Origin: Octopus sinensis
Taxonomy: Eukaryota
NCBI RefSeq assembly: GCF_006345805.1
Contig: NC_043011.1
Span: 15,326,464 to 15,390,463, forward strand
Direction of reading: 5' to 3'
DNA length: 64,000 nucleotides
This document shows, in pieces, positions 39,406 through 54,700 of this stretch. Position 1 is the stretch's first letter; every line of letters begins with the position of its first letter. The notes under the pieces are model-generated. The model had not been told where the DNA came from, searched no databases, and saw only the letters and a list, made by a program, of their open reading frames with translations. The translations under genes and the position numbers were made by a program.

Positions 39406-39471
39406 AAAAACCATACGAAAATTATGTTTGTTTCAAAACTTGAGATTACAAAGAAAGTATTATTATTATCA

Positions 39472-39552
<81 letters not shown>

Positions 39553-39724
39553 CATTATTATTACTTTACTTTGGCGCAGCGATACTAATAACCTGGTATT
39601 TGGACTCAATACACATATGGTTGTCCTCCACCAAAGACAGGGAAAGAACCAGATAGAAAGAGAGAGGGAAAGACAGAGAGTGTCTGTAATATATACGATG
39701 CTCTCTAAAGCGGCGAGCTTGGCT

Positions 39725-40455
39725 TGTTCGTCAGCGCACCGGGGAAAATGTTTGGTAGCATTTCTTCCGTTTGCGTTCTGTGTTTCCGCCAAGGTCGACT
39801 TTACCTATGTTCCCTTCGATGAAATAAACACTGTGGTCAGTAGTATTCGATCCCCGAAATTACTGAGCTCGTTCCAGAATTTGAATCCACTAAATACACT
39901 GCTCTGTCTTCAATGTTGATGTAAATACCATGATAGTTGTGGCTGTTTCGAGGCAGAGTTAATTAAGAATATGTTTACTGTTAAACATTAATAAATGCTG
40001 TTAACATTATGTGAAGATACTGAATTTAAATTTTCGCACGCGGCCAGTAATTTCGAGAGAAGTGGTAAGTTGATTACATAGACCCCCCCCCCCCAGTGCT
40101 CAACAGGTACTTATTTTATTGACCCCGAAATAATGAAGAGCAAATCGACCTCGGTGGAGTTTGAACTCAGTACGTAAAGACGGGCGAAATGCCGCAAAAC
40201 ATTTTGTCCGAGTGACTAACGCTTCTGCCAGCCCGTCGCCTTCACATTATGTATAAGTACTGTTTTCAAATTTTGGCACAATGCAAGCACTTACGGGAAT
40301 AAGTCGATTTCATAGACCCCAGTGCTCAAATTATTTTATACACCCCGAAATGATAGGAGGCAAAATCGATCTTGGTGGAATTCGAACACAGATCTTAAAG
40401 ACGGACGAAACGCCATCAAGTATTTTTACCTGCATCCAAGTGATTCTGCCATCTT
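39725..40455. mobile_element. Three OK-like SINE fragments (+, -, -)
   Basis: Homologous blocks at about 39725-39860 (+), 40030-40245 (-) and 40270-40455 (-). Confidence 0.7.
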
Positions 40456-43075
40456 ACCGTTTTCTCATTATGCATGGACACTAAAATTAGCATTGCATCA
40501 GATTAAACATTTTCGAATCGCAAAAATCCATGTGTTGGATGCATACTTGTCTATAGATGAGGAAAACCGAATATACCTCATTTGTGGTGTTTTCAACCGA
40601 AATACAATACCAGAGATTACAAATATTTATATCACCTAATTACTTATTAAATTAAATCATATCAACCATGCTCTATAATGCAAAACAATGATACATACTG
40701 CAATACAGGGCTATATCTTCTAGATATACGAACATACTCCATATATTGAATAGATCCAATTAGCTCTCTGTAGCACATATTTTGAAATATTTTTTCATAT
40801 CTATGCATACAGATTATGTAGTGTTTATTAAATTTAAGTGTTTAAATGTACACTTATTTTATGAGATATAAAGCTTTAACTATCTTACTAACAATAACGA
40901 CAAATCAGTCAGGTATGATTTAGCATTATTATTACACCTCTCTTCAATTAAAATTTTCCTTTGCACCTGACTTCACTACTTTGGCATACTAATGCAGCTG
41001 TATCATATAATTACTCATACTAATTCAGTTATATTCTTCTTTTAAAATTTTCTTTTCGTATTTCGTATTTAAAAAAAATTATGTATTGTTTTTTTATTTA
41101 TCTTAAATTCCTACGTTTACTCAAAAAATATCTCTACCTCTACTAATATCTATGTAATGAGTTACTTTTTTGACCCAACATAAAGGCTTTATATACATAA
41201 ACCTCTCGTTTAAAAGTATGGGTTAAGAAAATAGAAAAGAAATATTAGGTGACATAGTTTGGAATAAAGTGTGTTTGTAAAAGACAAAATGCTGATGACT
41301 AGGTTCGACCTACACAACGAAAAATGTTAATATTGATCATACCGATTATATTGGTGATTACATGAAAGTGTTTGAGTCAACTTTGAAAAAAATAACGATA
41401 TGGTGAAGGCACATTTCTATGTAATCCAGAATAAGCCTGTTATTTAACAAATCGGCATCCATACGAAGTCTATTGGCTGTAGACCGACATGCTGACATCT
41501 CAAACAAACCAGACAAACAGCATAGGCACACAAATTAAGAAATTTCGCACATTTGCATTTGACTAGATGTATATGATGGTTTGGCTACGTCAAAATATAT
41601 ACACGGAGGTGCTATAGGTATATTTAGGAAATATTGATGATGATCCCAAAACAACTATCAGAATTAATTTAGGTTGTACTGGTATAAAAGATTTAAAATC
41701 CACGATCAGTGATTCGTTTCGGATTTGGTGGATGTCGCTTCTGCTTCATATTTGATCGATTCAGCATTAGATGAGTATTAAAATTAAAGAGAGAAACATC
41801 AATGTTATCTGGTTTATTATTCTTTTTTTTTACATAAACATTAAGAATAATACTGCTAAGGATTTTGTAGCTTTAGATGATAAAAATTTTCGTAGTAATT
41901 GTCGATTCAGAAAAAGAAACCATTTAATAGAAACAAACGTACAGTGTATAGGAAGAAATCTAACTAAGAAGAACACAAAATGTACATCTACTAATATATT
42001 GAGGGTAACTATCCATCCTGAATTACAAAGTAAAGCACCTTAATCAGTCAAGTAACGCTGAAGTGATCATATCTAAAGCAGAAGTCACACTTTCACGAAA
42101 GCAGAAACGTAGCATAATTTGTAAAACATGAAGTAGGTATGGTGGTAAGTAAATTAGGTAAATTTAAAGAGAAACTCTTGCCACTAATTTCGATACAAAG
42201 TGAATATACTCGCGTGATGCACATAAAGAACTTCATATTTAAAAACCGTGAACACTTCTGTAAGTTATCTTACTGAAAGATCAGAAATTTTTACAAATTG
42301 CTAAAACTTTGAAAAAGTGTAAGTACCTCATAAAATGGGGGAATCAAAGGATCCCTATTAAGTGGATCAATAATTTAATATTATATTCTCCATTTCTTAC
42401 TTAATTCTATATTTTCAACCTCTTATCCTTTTTGTTAATATTATGGATGAATAACTTTCTCTGCTTTTCACTTTCTGTTTCAAGTTATTAACTGACATTC
42501 CTGAATCGCCAACTCCTTTGCAAATCACTATAAGTCAATAAACGCAGTGCAATAAATACTAATTTATATTCCCTTCATTGCTCGTTCATTTTGATTCCTT
42601 AACGCTTATATTTTTTCATATATTTTGTTAATGAGATGTGTTCAAAAGCATTTGAACACTGCAGGGGGAGATTTAAGCAAAATATATAAAGTGATGTTAT
42701 TGAAAAATATATTGCATTGTGCATCACTGGTTATTTGGTGATACTTTAACATTTCGAGAAAACTTCCCCTTTTCAAATAGAAGAACGAAAATAATCATAG
42801 TTTGGAGAGCGCTGATATCGGTGGTCATTTCACTGCGTTGTAAAGAAGGCATTGTTTGAAACCCTGTTTAAGGAGCTGTTGCTGGTAGAGCTAGGAAGTA
42901 GCTGCAGCAGGTAGTGCATCGTAGGGCTCATGTAATTTGCACACATCAAGGTGAATATATTTGTACACTCTCAAGCGCAAACACAAATACACACACATTT
43001 GTGTGTCTGAGCTTAGATATGTATGTGTGTATATATATACACTTGGATACACACATATATGCACATACATACATA

Positions 43076-43132
<57 letters not shown>

Positions 43133-43769
43133 GCCCATAGATATATACACTCACACGCACATACAAACACACTCACGCGCAGATGCACACATGCGCGCAC
43201 ACACACATGTATAAAGAAACACGCACACACACACACACACATATATAGAAGCATAGAGTAGATGTAATTTAAGAAGTATGTATTGTAAGCGCTCGGTTTC
43301 ATTCACCACTAAAATTCCGGATTGAACTGCAAATTCGGGTAGTCTTATTAGACAAAAAGAAAAAACGAGCAAAACTTGTGGTATGACTTCAGGGCATTTA
43401 ATTTATAATTATAACATAGTGTAGAGTAGCTATAGTAAATATGTATAGTCCCTTACAGCTGTTTCCAGAACAGCTAAGCATGTTACTGAGAAAAGATTGC
43501 CATTTAAGCTAACTGTAGCGTCATCGGAGAGAGAAATAAATAAATAAAGAATATTATGAATAACCTTGATTAAGAATATTTACCACTTATTTCTCCCTTT
43601 CCGATAACGGATTAGTTAGCTTACTTGGAAATCTTGATGATTCAAATGCTTAGCTATTCTAGAAACAACCGTAAGTGACGTTACGTATTCACTTTAATTG
43701 CACTGCATTATGCATAAATGAAAAAATTAACTGCTATAAAGTCATGCTAGTTGATTGGGTAGGTTAGTC

Positions 43770-44175
43770 TCTGGATATGTCGTAAGAAGCTTGCTTCCCA
43801 ATCACAGGGCCCGGGGTTCAGTCCCACTGTATAGCACCTTCGGCAAAACTCTTCTACTATAGCCTCAGGCCGACCAAAGACTTGTAAGTTGATTTGGTTG
43901 GCGGATATTGAAAAACTCCGTCGTATATATATATATGTGTGTGTATGTGTGTGTGTGTGTGTGCGTGTGTGTGTGTGCGTGTATTTGCCTCCACCATCAC
44001 CTGCCAACCGATGCTGGCGTGTTTAGGTTCCTGTAACTTAGCGGTTCGGCGAAAGAGACCCATAGAGTAAGTACTAGTCTTATAAAGAATAAGCTCTGGG
44101 GCCGACGTCTTCGACTAAAACATTTTAAGGTACTCCAGCATGGTCGCAGTCAGGTAACTGAAACAAGTAAAGAAA
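43770..44175 (+). mobile_element. CORE-type tRNA SINE (OR-like)
   Basis: Homology to 9396-9810. Confidence 0.75.
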
Positions 44176-44214
44176 TATACAGGAATATATATATACATCC
44201 GATTTCATCTCAAT

Positions 44215-44435
44215 CGAAGGAGAGGAGCTTTCTCCGTCCGGGTTGCGGATCCGTGGAACAAGCTGCCAGACGAGATGGTGAAGATGCCGACGACCGCTTT
44301 GTTCAAAGCCTCCCTTCACCTCAAGTGGCCTGAACTCTTTACATGAACACCACCCTGTACTTAACTCCATGTCCCCCTACATGGCCTTGCTATTTGCTTT
44401 TGAGCCAAATTAACTAACTAACTAACTAACTACAT
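44215..44435 (+). mobile_element. CR1-clade LINE 3' end
   Basis: RRRGAFSVRVADPWNKLPDEMVKMPTTALFKASL (R..FS.RV..WN.LP motif) followed by a short 3'UTR and a (TAAC)n tail. Confidence 0.8.
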
Positions 44436-44450
44436 CCACATCCATACACA

Positions 44451-44504
<54 letters not shown>

Positions 44505-46604
44505 ATATATACACAATATATAAATGCATATACATACTCACATACATATAAATATATGGACATACACATCACAACATACGCAAGAGCGCATACGCAAACA
44601 TATTTTCATACATAAACACAGAAAGATAGATGACTCTGTAAATGGAGCGACGAAGAAATTACTCTTCAGGGTATTTAGTTTCTATCGGCCTTGAAATTCT
44701 GATCAGTCGACTTTAAACCGTTCTGAGCTCGATAAAATATTCCGTCCATTGCTTGATTCTTCATTAGCCTACCGTTGAAGCTTTAGATATGTTTTTATTA
44801 AGCATCTTTTTTCCGCTTTGGATAGTTTTGAGTTGAATGAATCGCCCCAGTCATTGTCGTATTGGCGTAACCTGAATTCGAAACACAAAGTACCAGAATA
44901 CATGGTGTTCTAACCGACTATCCAATCCCTTAGGCACATATTTCTTCAACCTTAGAATGGTGAAACATAAAGTGACCTCCGCAGGATTTGAACTCAAAAG
45001 CACAGTCATAGAAGAATATCATAACGTATACTTTCTCACACTCTTGTATTTTTATCGATTCATTCCCTCGACATATGCCCCGTAGTTGATTTAATTAACA
45101 CTTCGGCAACTATTATCTGTGGCCTGTTGCAATGAAATTAATATTTTGCATTATCAATCCCTATACAGTATCTTAAAATTTCACTAAACTTCACTATTTC
45201 TTCAGAAATTAAAATAATGATAAAATCGATAAATCATCTGCTTTCAGATATGTTCTGAGCCGAAATATCTATGAAGCAATCTGTAAAATGAATGTGGATT
45301 AATATAAATAAGTTGTGAAAGTCCCAAAGTGAAATATTTAATCACAGAGTACTCATATTTTTGTTGTCTATTTTCATCAATGAGAGCTTTAGGTTTTAGG
45401 ATTTTTAATATTTTTACATGGATACAAAAAAGAACTTGCTCGCGTTATACTGGATTAGAAAATTATGCCAAATATCTTGTTTCTTTTAGATTTCTTTTAG
45501 ACTTTCGAGAATACAACGCTAAAGAATGCAATTTATCAGCATTTTCAGTATCAGGCTTCTAGCACACAGCTAGGTATTGTATAGCGTCGATAGTAAGATT
45601 CTGAAGATGGATAGAAAGAAAGAACTCTGTTTATTGAAATACTCTGAGCCGAACGACATTTTATAAAAGTTTGCTGCTTTGAAAAACACTATAACAAATA
45701 AGTTGAATAGGGGCATTTCCCAAATGAAAGGGGAAATAATAGAAGAAGGAGAGGGAAAAGCGTATGACTAAGTGAGACAGCGAAACATACATAAATGGAG
45801 GAGAAAATGATGGCTTACACTGTTTCTTTATATGAAGCTATTATACATATAAAACTAATCTATCACAAAACAGGCACGTTGAATCCGGAACTGGTGTTGC
45901 AATATTTCTTTGATGGCTTTCAGCGAAATTTTCATAAATGCGTTTACGCCGGTCGCAATGAAAAGAATCTGATAACAAGTTCCCTCATATTCCGAGGTTG
46001 TGAAAAGCTTTTAACATATGTGACTCAACAAAATTGCATTAAAATTTATTTAAAGCTATCTATAGCTTGAGTCGTTCCTTTAGATTTAATATTTAAATGA
46101 AAATAAAGAGTTATATATTTCATTTTATTTGGTTATCTGTTCATTTGTTGAGTATAAGTGTAAATTATTTCATTTGAGGCTGCTCTACAGGCGTCACACC
46201 AACACTCATTCGACATAAATGCTTGAAACTCCATTAGCATTATGGTTTAAATGCAGATATTATGGCAGCCGGTGGATCAATATTGCCGATACTCGCACAT
46301 TTTATAGAGAATTGTCAGGGGTAACAACATTGCAACATTCACACCTTGTAGTTTTATGATGAACGAAATGAGAAAACCGCACTGGACGAAATTGATTTCA
46401 GTGAATAAGTAGTTTTAAAATGGGATGAATCATATCATGTCATGTTTTATGAGAGACAATAACAAGACGATACATTGTTATCCGGAGATATATCCTTATA
46501 GACAAAACAATACTCTCAAATAAACAGCCCTGGTTTCAATTGTCCCTATATCTACATTCGAATAATATATTCAAACATTTCAAATACGATTTCGTATTTC
46601 TCTT

Positions 46605-46985
46605 TCATATACCTGCATACATACATAAGTTCCGACATGCATACATACGTACATACATACTTACTTACATACATACATACATACATGCATGCATACATAC
46701 ATACATACATACATTCATACATACATACATATATACATACACACATAACTACCTACATACATACATACGTACATACATACATACATACCTACATACGTAC
46801 ATACATACCTACATACATACATACATACATACATTCATACATACACACATACATACATACATACATACATACATACATACATACATACATACATACATGC
46901 ATACACAAACATACATACATACATACATATATACCTACATACATACATACATACATACATTCACATTAATATATATATATAGTGA
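46605..46985. repeat. (CATA)n microsatellite (similar tracts at 18275-18425 and 21090-21345)
   Basis: Direct reading. Confidence 0.95.
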
Positions 46986-47447
46986 GTGGGGTATATGTCT
47001 TTATCCGCACAGGTTTGTAAGTATACAATTGTATTGTATATTGCGTAGCATGCATATTAGTGAAGGCATGTAAAATAGTTTATTATGAATGAAATTACTA
47101 TCCCATTGGAAGGCTGCGAAATGACTGTAGTCCATAGGATGGCATATTGTTAAATAAATATATCCGCACACACACAAAACACACACACAAAACACACACA
47201 CATGTACGCACGCACATACATAGATATTTGTATGTATGTATTTTCATGAAGTTAAATATGTGTCCGGCCATAGAATGGCCAATGGTTTTCCATCCACAAA
47301 GCGCTTAGCTTTATAGATGACTGGTCAGACCCCAATGGCCGCGGGCATGTAAACCTCTTTTCAAACTGGAGGTAGAAAACCGTTACGGTTAGTTAATTTG
47401 TAAGCAAAAGAATAATATACACTGTCTGAGCCTTTAACCGGACGAGT

Positions 47448-47481
<34 letters not shown>

Positions 47482-47873
47482 GGCGCAGAAGTGGCTGTGT
47501 GGTAAGTAGCTTGCTTACCAAACCACATACATGGTTCTGGGTTCAATCCTACGGCGTGGCACCTTGGACATGTCTCTTCAACTGTAGCTTCTGGTCGATT
47601 AAAGCCTTGTGAGTGGATTTGGTAGACGGAAATATGTATGTATATGTGTATTTTTGTGTGTGTGTGTGTATGCTTGTGTGTCTGTGTTTCACTCCCACCA
47701 TCGCTTGACAACTAATTCCGGTGTGTTTACGACCCCGTAACTTAGCCGTTCAGCAAAATAGAAGGATAGAATAAATATTAAGCTTACAAAGAATAAGTTC
47801 TGGGGTCGATTTGTTCGACTAAAGGCGGTGCTCCAGCATGGTCGCAGTCAAATGACTGAAACAAATAAAAGAA
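47482..47873 (+). mobile_element. CORE-type tRNA SINE (OR-like)
   Basis: Full-length homology to 9396-9810. Confidence 0.8.
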
Positions 47874-47898
47874 TATAATCATTTATACATACACACAC

Positions 47899-47976
<78 letters not shown>

Positions 47977-47989
47977 TAGAGAGAGATGT

Positions 47990-48120
47990 GGATATGGCTG
48001 TGTGGTAAGAAGTTTGCTCCACATAATTTCGGCTCCAGCCCCACTGTGTGGCATCTTCGACAAGTGTTTTCTACTGTAGCCACTCTTTGACCAAGGCTTT
48101 CTGAGCGGATTTGGTTAACG
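47990..48120 (+). mobile_element. OR-like SINE head fragment
   Basis: GGCTGTGTGGTAAGAAG...GTGGCATCTTCGACAAGTG. Confidence 0.65.
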
Positions 48121-48149
48121 AAAAATTAAATGTTCTAACATTTTCTGCG

Positions 48150-48861
48150 CAACAGTGGTGCCAAACTGTACACGCTTTCGCCCTTCTTTATAGCATCAAA
48201 GTTAATCAGGAATAACTGAGTCTCTGATGACTTGTGACGAAAGCTGAATCTACTGTTATGATCCAGAGACCTAGAGACAGAATTACCAATGGAAGCCTCG
48301 TGACTCCCTCAGACCCAAGAAGTCGGAAAAGCACGTCCACCGAGAAGCTAATGAGGACCCTCCTTTTGTGACAACACGGACGTCATCTACATGAACTGGG
48401 TTCCCTTTGATCAGACGGTCAATAAAGAATTTTGTGGATGTTTCGAGAGCGTTCAGAAAAAGATTTCGTCACAAAATCCCTGATCCCTTCCACTCGGACC
48501 GGTGGAACCTGCACCAGGACCAGCTCGCATTTCCATCCTGGTAACCTACCACTTCTCAAAGATGGGGATCAAAACTGCCTCACGTTCCCTATAGGCCACA
48601 CCTTGCTACCTGTGATTTTTGGTTGTTTCCCAAACCGAAGGAGAACTTCGGGGCAGTCAATTTGAAGACATCGAGAAGTTGAAGGCGTCTGTGACAAGGA
48701 TCCTCACATTTTCATTTTGAAGGACGTCGATGAAGCCTTTACGAAGTAGGTGGAGCACTACAAGTGAATTGGAGCAACAGGTTCCTATTCTGAGGGAGGT
48801 TAGAATTTTGTAATTTTTTGAAACAAATAAAAGTCTCAAAACCTCTGGAATGCACTTCGTA
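48150..48861 (+). pseudogene. Mariner transposase 3' half with right TIR
   Basis: TCDES*IYCYDPET, CDFWLFPKPKENFRG..FEDIE motifs; ends GAATGCACTTCG-TA. Confidence 0.85.
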
Positions 48862-49232
48862 CATGACACAATGTATTGTTGTTAATATGAATCCCCAGTT
48901 CCTATATTATGTTTGACTCTGGTATTGTCACTCAAACTGGTCCAAATTATTTTTGCGCAGTCTGTTAGCACGAGCTGGCTGATAGGGAAGAGCTCGGAAT
49001 TTGCCTGTTTTAAACTAGATGTTGCTCTCTTCTACCCATTTGTGTCATGTCTTTCTGTAAAAGATTAGCACCGAGAGGACTCTTGACTCTTTCTGCTACT
49101 TTTGTGTCATCGGCATAGATAGTAAAGTAGCCAGTCTGAGAGGGCCACAGACAGTTCTAAGACAGTTCCCTGAGGTACTCCACTGGCTAGATAGATAGAT
49201 AGATAGATGCATAGGCAGACAGACAGACTCCA

Positions 49233-49613
<381 letters not shown>

Positions 49614-49813
49614 TGACGGATGTGATGTCGTTTCAGCTCCGAAGGTAATCATTTATTTTGACTATTTATAGGCCAATTTTTGTGTAGATTTTTGCAAATA
49701 AGGTGTGTAAGGCAACCAACTTTCATTTGAGTGCTTTTCCAAGGGAGGAATTCGCCCCTAGGGGCAGTTTCGACCCCATTTCATTTCTGTTATTTTCTTC
49801 TCGACATTAGAAA

Positions 49814-51681
49814 ATGTCTAGAAATTTTATTGTTGAACGCTGGTCGCGTTCATTTTTGGAACAAAATTTTCCTAGTCTGGAAACGACAGAAAAAAAAAAA
49901 AACGTTCGCACGGAAAATGCCAACGTGAAATTCGGTGAAAGGAACGCTGCAACCACGTGCGTTAACAGCCCTGTCACCACCGCCACCACCACCACCACTA
50001 ACAACAGCAACCACGAGACAACAACTGCTACCACCACCACCTCCACCACCACCACCACCACTACCACGACCAACATAAATGATAAAAATAAAACTGAAAC
50101 GAAAACTATTGACAAAAACAACAGCAACAACAAGAACAACAATAAAAATGAACTATCTAATAGTGAAGATGCTAATACAAAAAAGTCAACAACAGTAAAT
50201 TTCGCAGATATTCTTCGCCAGAAAAAGGAGATTGTTACATTCACAAATGAAGAGCTCATAGAAACAAGAGCTCTCTTTACAACCCGTGGACAAGATTTAG
50301 TCCTGCATACACCTCAACATATAAAACAAGAATTGAAAATAAGACAATTGTATATAAAATTATTAGAAAAAACAAAAAACCAAATGAACAGATTACAAAA
50401 ACTGATGTGGAGAAATGTTTAAAAACATAATGAAAGAAAAAGAGTATATAAACTGGGGTCCCCAGTTTAACACAGTAGTGGTCCGCTTCCCTAACCAGGA
50501 AGTGGCAAAAGCTCACTCTACTGAGTCTCTGGGAAATGATGAAATCATCATGGTCCCTTATTATAAAAACCAGAGGGTGAGTAGAATTACTATCAGAAAT
50601 GTACCCCCCGATATGCCGAACAAATGGATAACAGGGGCAATCTGTTACCACTTGAAAAAGATCAATATTCTAGAAACAGCCGTGTACCTAAACGACAATT
50701 GGGGTGGAAAAACAGTAGTTGTGACCATCCAGATTGAGGGGCCTCTATCGAGAGCCTACCCGACAAGATATACTTGGAGAATGGGCAATGCCTATATGTT
50801 ATGGCAGAAGGCAAAAAGCCTAGATGCTACAAATGTGGCAGCCCCGAACATTTGATTGCCAAGTGCGATCTGGTACAGAAAAAACAAGAAAGAACAATTC
50901 AGAAAACAAATAAAATCCCTTTGTTGCCAACACCAACACCAACACACTCAATTATGGAACAACGCCAAGAAAAACAACAAACCAGCAGACAAACCCCAAC
51001 AACATCACCAAGAAAAACAGTACCAACACAATCACCGTTGACTCACACAATTAAACCTGTTGAATTAACAAAAAATCGACCCACGCCCACACCCAGGACG
51101 ACAATTAAAAAGACAGAAAACACTGACGAGAAGACAAATGCTACCCCTAACACACAAAACACAAACACCGCACAAAACATCAACAATTTATACAAGCATA
51201 CATAGTGATCCTGTTCTTTTTCCTCTACCCCATACTGATACGTCGGACGAAGAAAGTTCGACGGAATGGCAAATAGCCACAGGGGGTAAAAGAAAAAGAT
51301 CCAAAAAACCACCAAACAAGGAATTAAAGCAGGGAGATATCTAACTCAGGACAACATCCCCTAGACAATCAAAAAAGTAATGAACCCGTAAAACCACACA
51401 CACAACTAACTGCAATAGACACAGACAATAAAGAATTAATGGACTACATCAAATCTAACATGGTCGTCTGTGAAGATGACTTTAAGACAAACAATCATCC
51501 GCACACCACACCACCGAAACACATCAGAATTTTACACATAACACAAGCACAACACCACATACTGAAAACATTATTTCCGAATGCGGTAGGCGGGTATCAA
51601 CGATACCTGTCGAAAAAACTATACAAACACCTCATCAAAAACGATACAAAAGAAGAAGAAAAAAATGAAACTTTTAAATGA
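49814..51681 (+). CDS. Tx1 ORF1 (RRM-like region + CCHC zinc knuckle), split by about 4 frameshifts
   Basis: ORF pieces 49814, 50415, 50774, 51138 and 51439 switch frame. Contains NTVVVRFPNQEVAKA...RITIRNVPPDMP (typical Tx1 ORF1 RRM-like pattern) and CYKCGSPEHLIAKC (CX2CX4HX4C), with Thr/Asn/Pro low-complexity ends. Confidence 0.8.
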
Positions 51682-51746
51682 GTAAGTGACCTCACTTCTT
51701 GCCTCTTGTCTCTTCTAATATAGTGTGTAAAACACAATTTTCGTAA

Positions 51747-54700
51747 ATGTCAAGTATGCTTAAATTAGGTTGTGTGAATGCGCGTGGCTTGGCGTCGGCT
51801 TGGAAGCAAGGTTACCTTCTAAACGACATCAAGTCACTGGACGTGGATATAGTAGCTATCAGCGAAACCAGACTCAGTAAGCCGCGGGCCCTCGAGTCCA
51901 TGTTTGGCAATCAATTTGACATTTATTTTTCTCCCTGTCTGCCGAACATGGGTGGTGGAGGTACTGCGGTGCTTTTTCGAAAGAGTCTAAAGGTAAAAGT
52001 AAGAGCAATATTCCTAGACCCGGAGGGTAGGCTGGTTGTCTTGGACGTGGATGGCAGAAATGGGTGTGCATTCCGTCTGATGGCAGTTTATGCACCGTCC
52101 TTAACGGGTCGGGCGGATTTCTTCAGACGTCTAGAGGTTTTCCTGGGTACGTCTAGACCTTTACTGTTAGTAGGGGATTGGAACGCTACCTTGGACACGC
52201 ATCTAGATTATGTGGGAAGGGATAGGAATAGAAGGGGGTGTAAGAGCCTCAAAGACCTGCTCAGACGTTTCCATTTGTCTGACAGGTTCCGACTCGACCA
52301 TCCGAACGTGCCAACGTGGACTTGGACAAACCGCGTCGGATCGTCGAGATCTTATCTAGATAGAATTCTATGCAGGACAGCGGATAGGGATAGTGTAGGA
52401 TGTCCACAATTTAAAATAGTCAGCTACACAGATCACAAATTTGTTACGTGTACGCTCGACTTAGATAAAACACATAGGCAGGGTCCCGGTTACTGGAAAC
52501 TGAACACGTCGCTGTTAGCGCGACAGGTTTACAGGAACCGGATTAGCGAGTTAATTAAGAGGGCGCTGACGGGAGCGGTCGTTAACAACCGCTGGTGGTA
52601 CGCCCTGAAAATGGCAATAAAATCGGAATCAATTAGGTTTAGCAAGGAATTAGCGATAGAACGAAATAGAGTAGAGGGAGACTTAGTTAAGAAACTAGAA
52701 GAGGCACTTACCACTGGCAGCGCAACCAACGTGCTAGCTGCGAGGATGGCCCTCGACCAACACCTCAACGCCAAGCACGAAGGTTGCGTCGTCAGAGCTA
52801 AAATGCGTGCCTTAAGGAACGAAGGGATTGAAGCTGCGCGAGAGGCCCGGGTAGCGGAGGCGCAGCGTGGCAACAGATCAACCATTCGGTCTCTAATAGA
52901 TCAACAGGGATGCAGTTTACTCGAACCCGAAAGGATGTGTGAGGCCTTTCAACAGCACTTTGCTCGACTGTTTGGTGCGAGTGGTGGGTCGGAACGAGGG
53001 ATGGATTTCAGTGCCTACCTGACCGACCTGCCGCGGCTCTCGGCAAGAGAGGCGGAGTGTTGTGAAAGTTCCATCACAGCCGCTGACGTGTGGGATGCGA
53101 TGGCGGGCTGCGCGAGGGATAAGTCGCCTGGATTGGATGGTTTACCCTACGAGCTGTATTGTCGAATGCCAGACTTGTTTGGCGAACTCTTGGCATCAGT
53201 CTACTGCAACTGGCAACAAAACGGGAGAATCCCCGGTTTCGTGAGCCGAGGTGCAGTGACGTTGCTGAAGAAAGACTCAAACAAGGGGAATTTTATAGAT
53301 AATTTCAGGCCCATCACTCTGCTCAACGCAGATTTGAAAATTTTGGCCAAAGTAATAGCCGAGAGGTTGGCGCTTGTCATTGGTAAACTGGTCGACAGGG
53401 CGCAAACATGCGCCGTGCCGGGCAGAACCATACATGACAACCTCCATCTGATGCGCTACATTGTGGACAGGGTAGTTAAGGATCCTGGCATGGGTGGGGC
53501 GCTGATAAATTTGGATCAGTCTAAAGCCTTCGATAGGGTCGACCATCGGTACTTGGCGGCCGTCCTCAGGGCGGCTGGCTTCGGTCCCGTCTTCCGCGGT
53601 TGGATCGCTGCCTTGTATAGCGGCATCCGATCGGTGATTCGGGTAAACGGTCACCTGTCTAAACCGTTTGACATCACGCGTTCGGTCCGTCAGGGGTGTC
53701 CCCTGTCGGCGCTTCTGTATGTATTGACTCTCGAGCCGCTACTGCGGAAGCTGGCGACACTGAGGGGCATCCCACGGGAACTGGGTTGCGGGACGAGCGT
53801 GTCGGCATATGCGGACGATGTCACCGTCATAGTGTCGAGCTACCAGCACATCGAGCTGGTCGGCGAGACACTAAGAAAATATGAAACGGTGACGGGAGCA
53901 AAGATTAACCCGGAAAAGTCAGTGGGTTTGCTACTCGGCACCTGGAGAAGCAAGCCCATGCCGTCCGACTGCGGCTCAGTAGTGGGACGCTGGACGGACG
54001 GACCGGTTAAATTGCTCGGGGTCTGGTTCAGTCCGGACCTCCAAATGGATAAGAACTGGGACGAGATCACGAGTAGAGTGGTCGCTCTCAGCCAAACATG
54101 GGCCGAGAGAAAGCTGTCTCTAAAAGGCCGGGCGGAGGTGGCGAACGCGTACATCGCATCCGTCATCGATTACCGCCTGACCGTCGTACCTTGTCCCGAC
54201 GCCACCATCACCAAACTGGAACGCATACTCTTACTCCCGCTTCCTGTGGAAGGGTGGCGTTCCGATGGTGAGGAAGTCCATTTGCTGTCAACATCCGTTG
54301 AATGGAGGACTGGGCATGCCGTGGTTGATGATGCGCAGGCATGCGCTGAGACTGCGACATCTCTGGAAATTCATCGACGACGGTGAACAGGTGTGGGCGC
54401 CGTTTGTGAGGCGCGACTTCCCGCAGCTCGTCTCACTGACCGAACTGCAAACGTGGATCAAAAAGAGACCGAAACTGGGCGATTGGCACCGAGAGTGTCG
54501 CCAAGCTCTACAGCAGCTCTGCCGACCGGGGTCAAACTTGTGCAACTTCCAACGACTAAAGCGTTCTATAGAGGACTAGTGGAGGGGAGGTCCGACGACA
54601 CACTCGGGGCAAACCTGGGCGTCGACGAGGAATTCCTAACCCGCCTGTTCAGGACGACGTTCGGGCCGGGGCCTATGGATAACTTCCAGAAATCCCTGGC

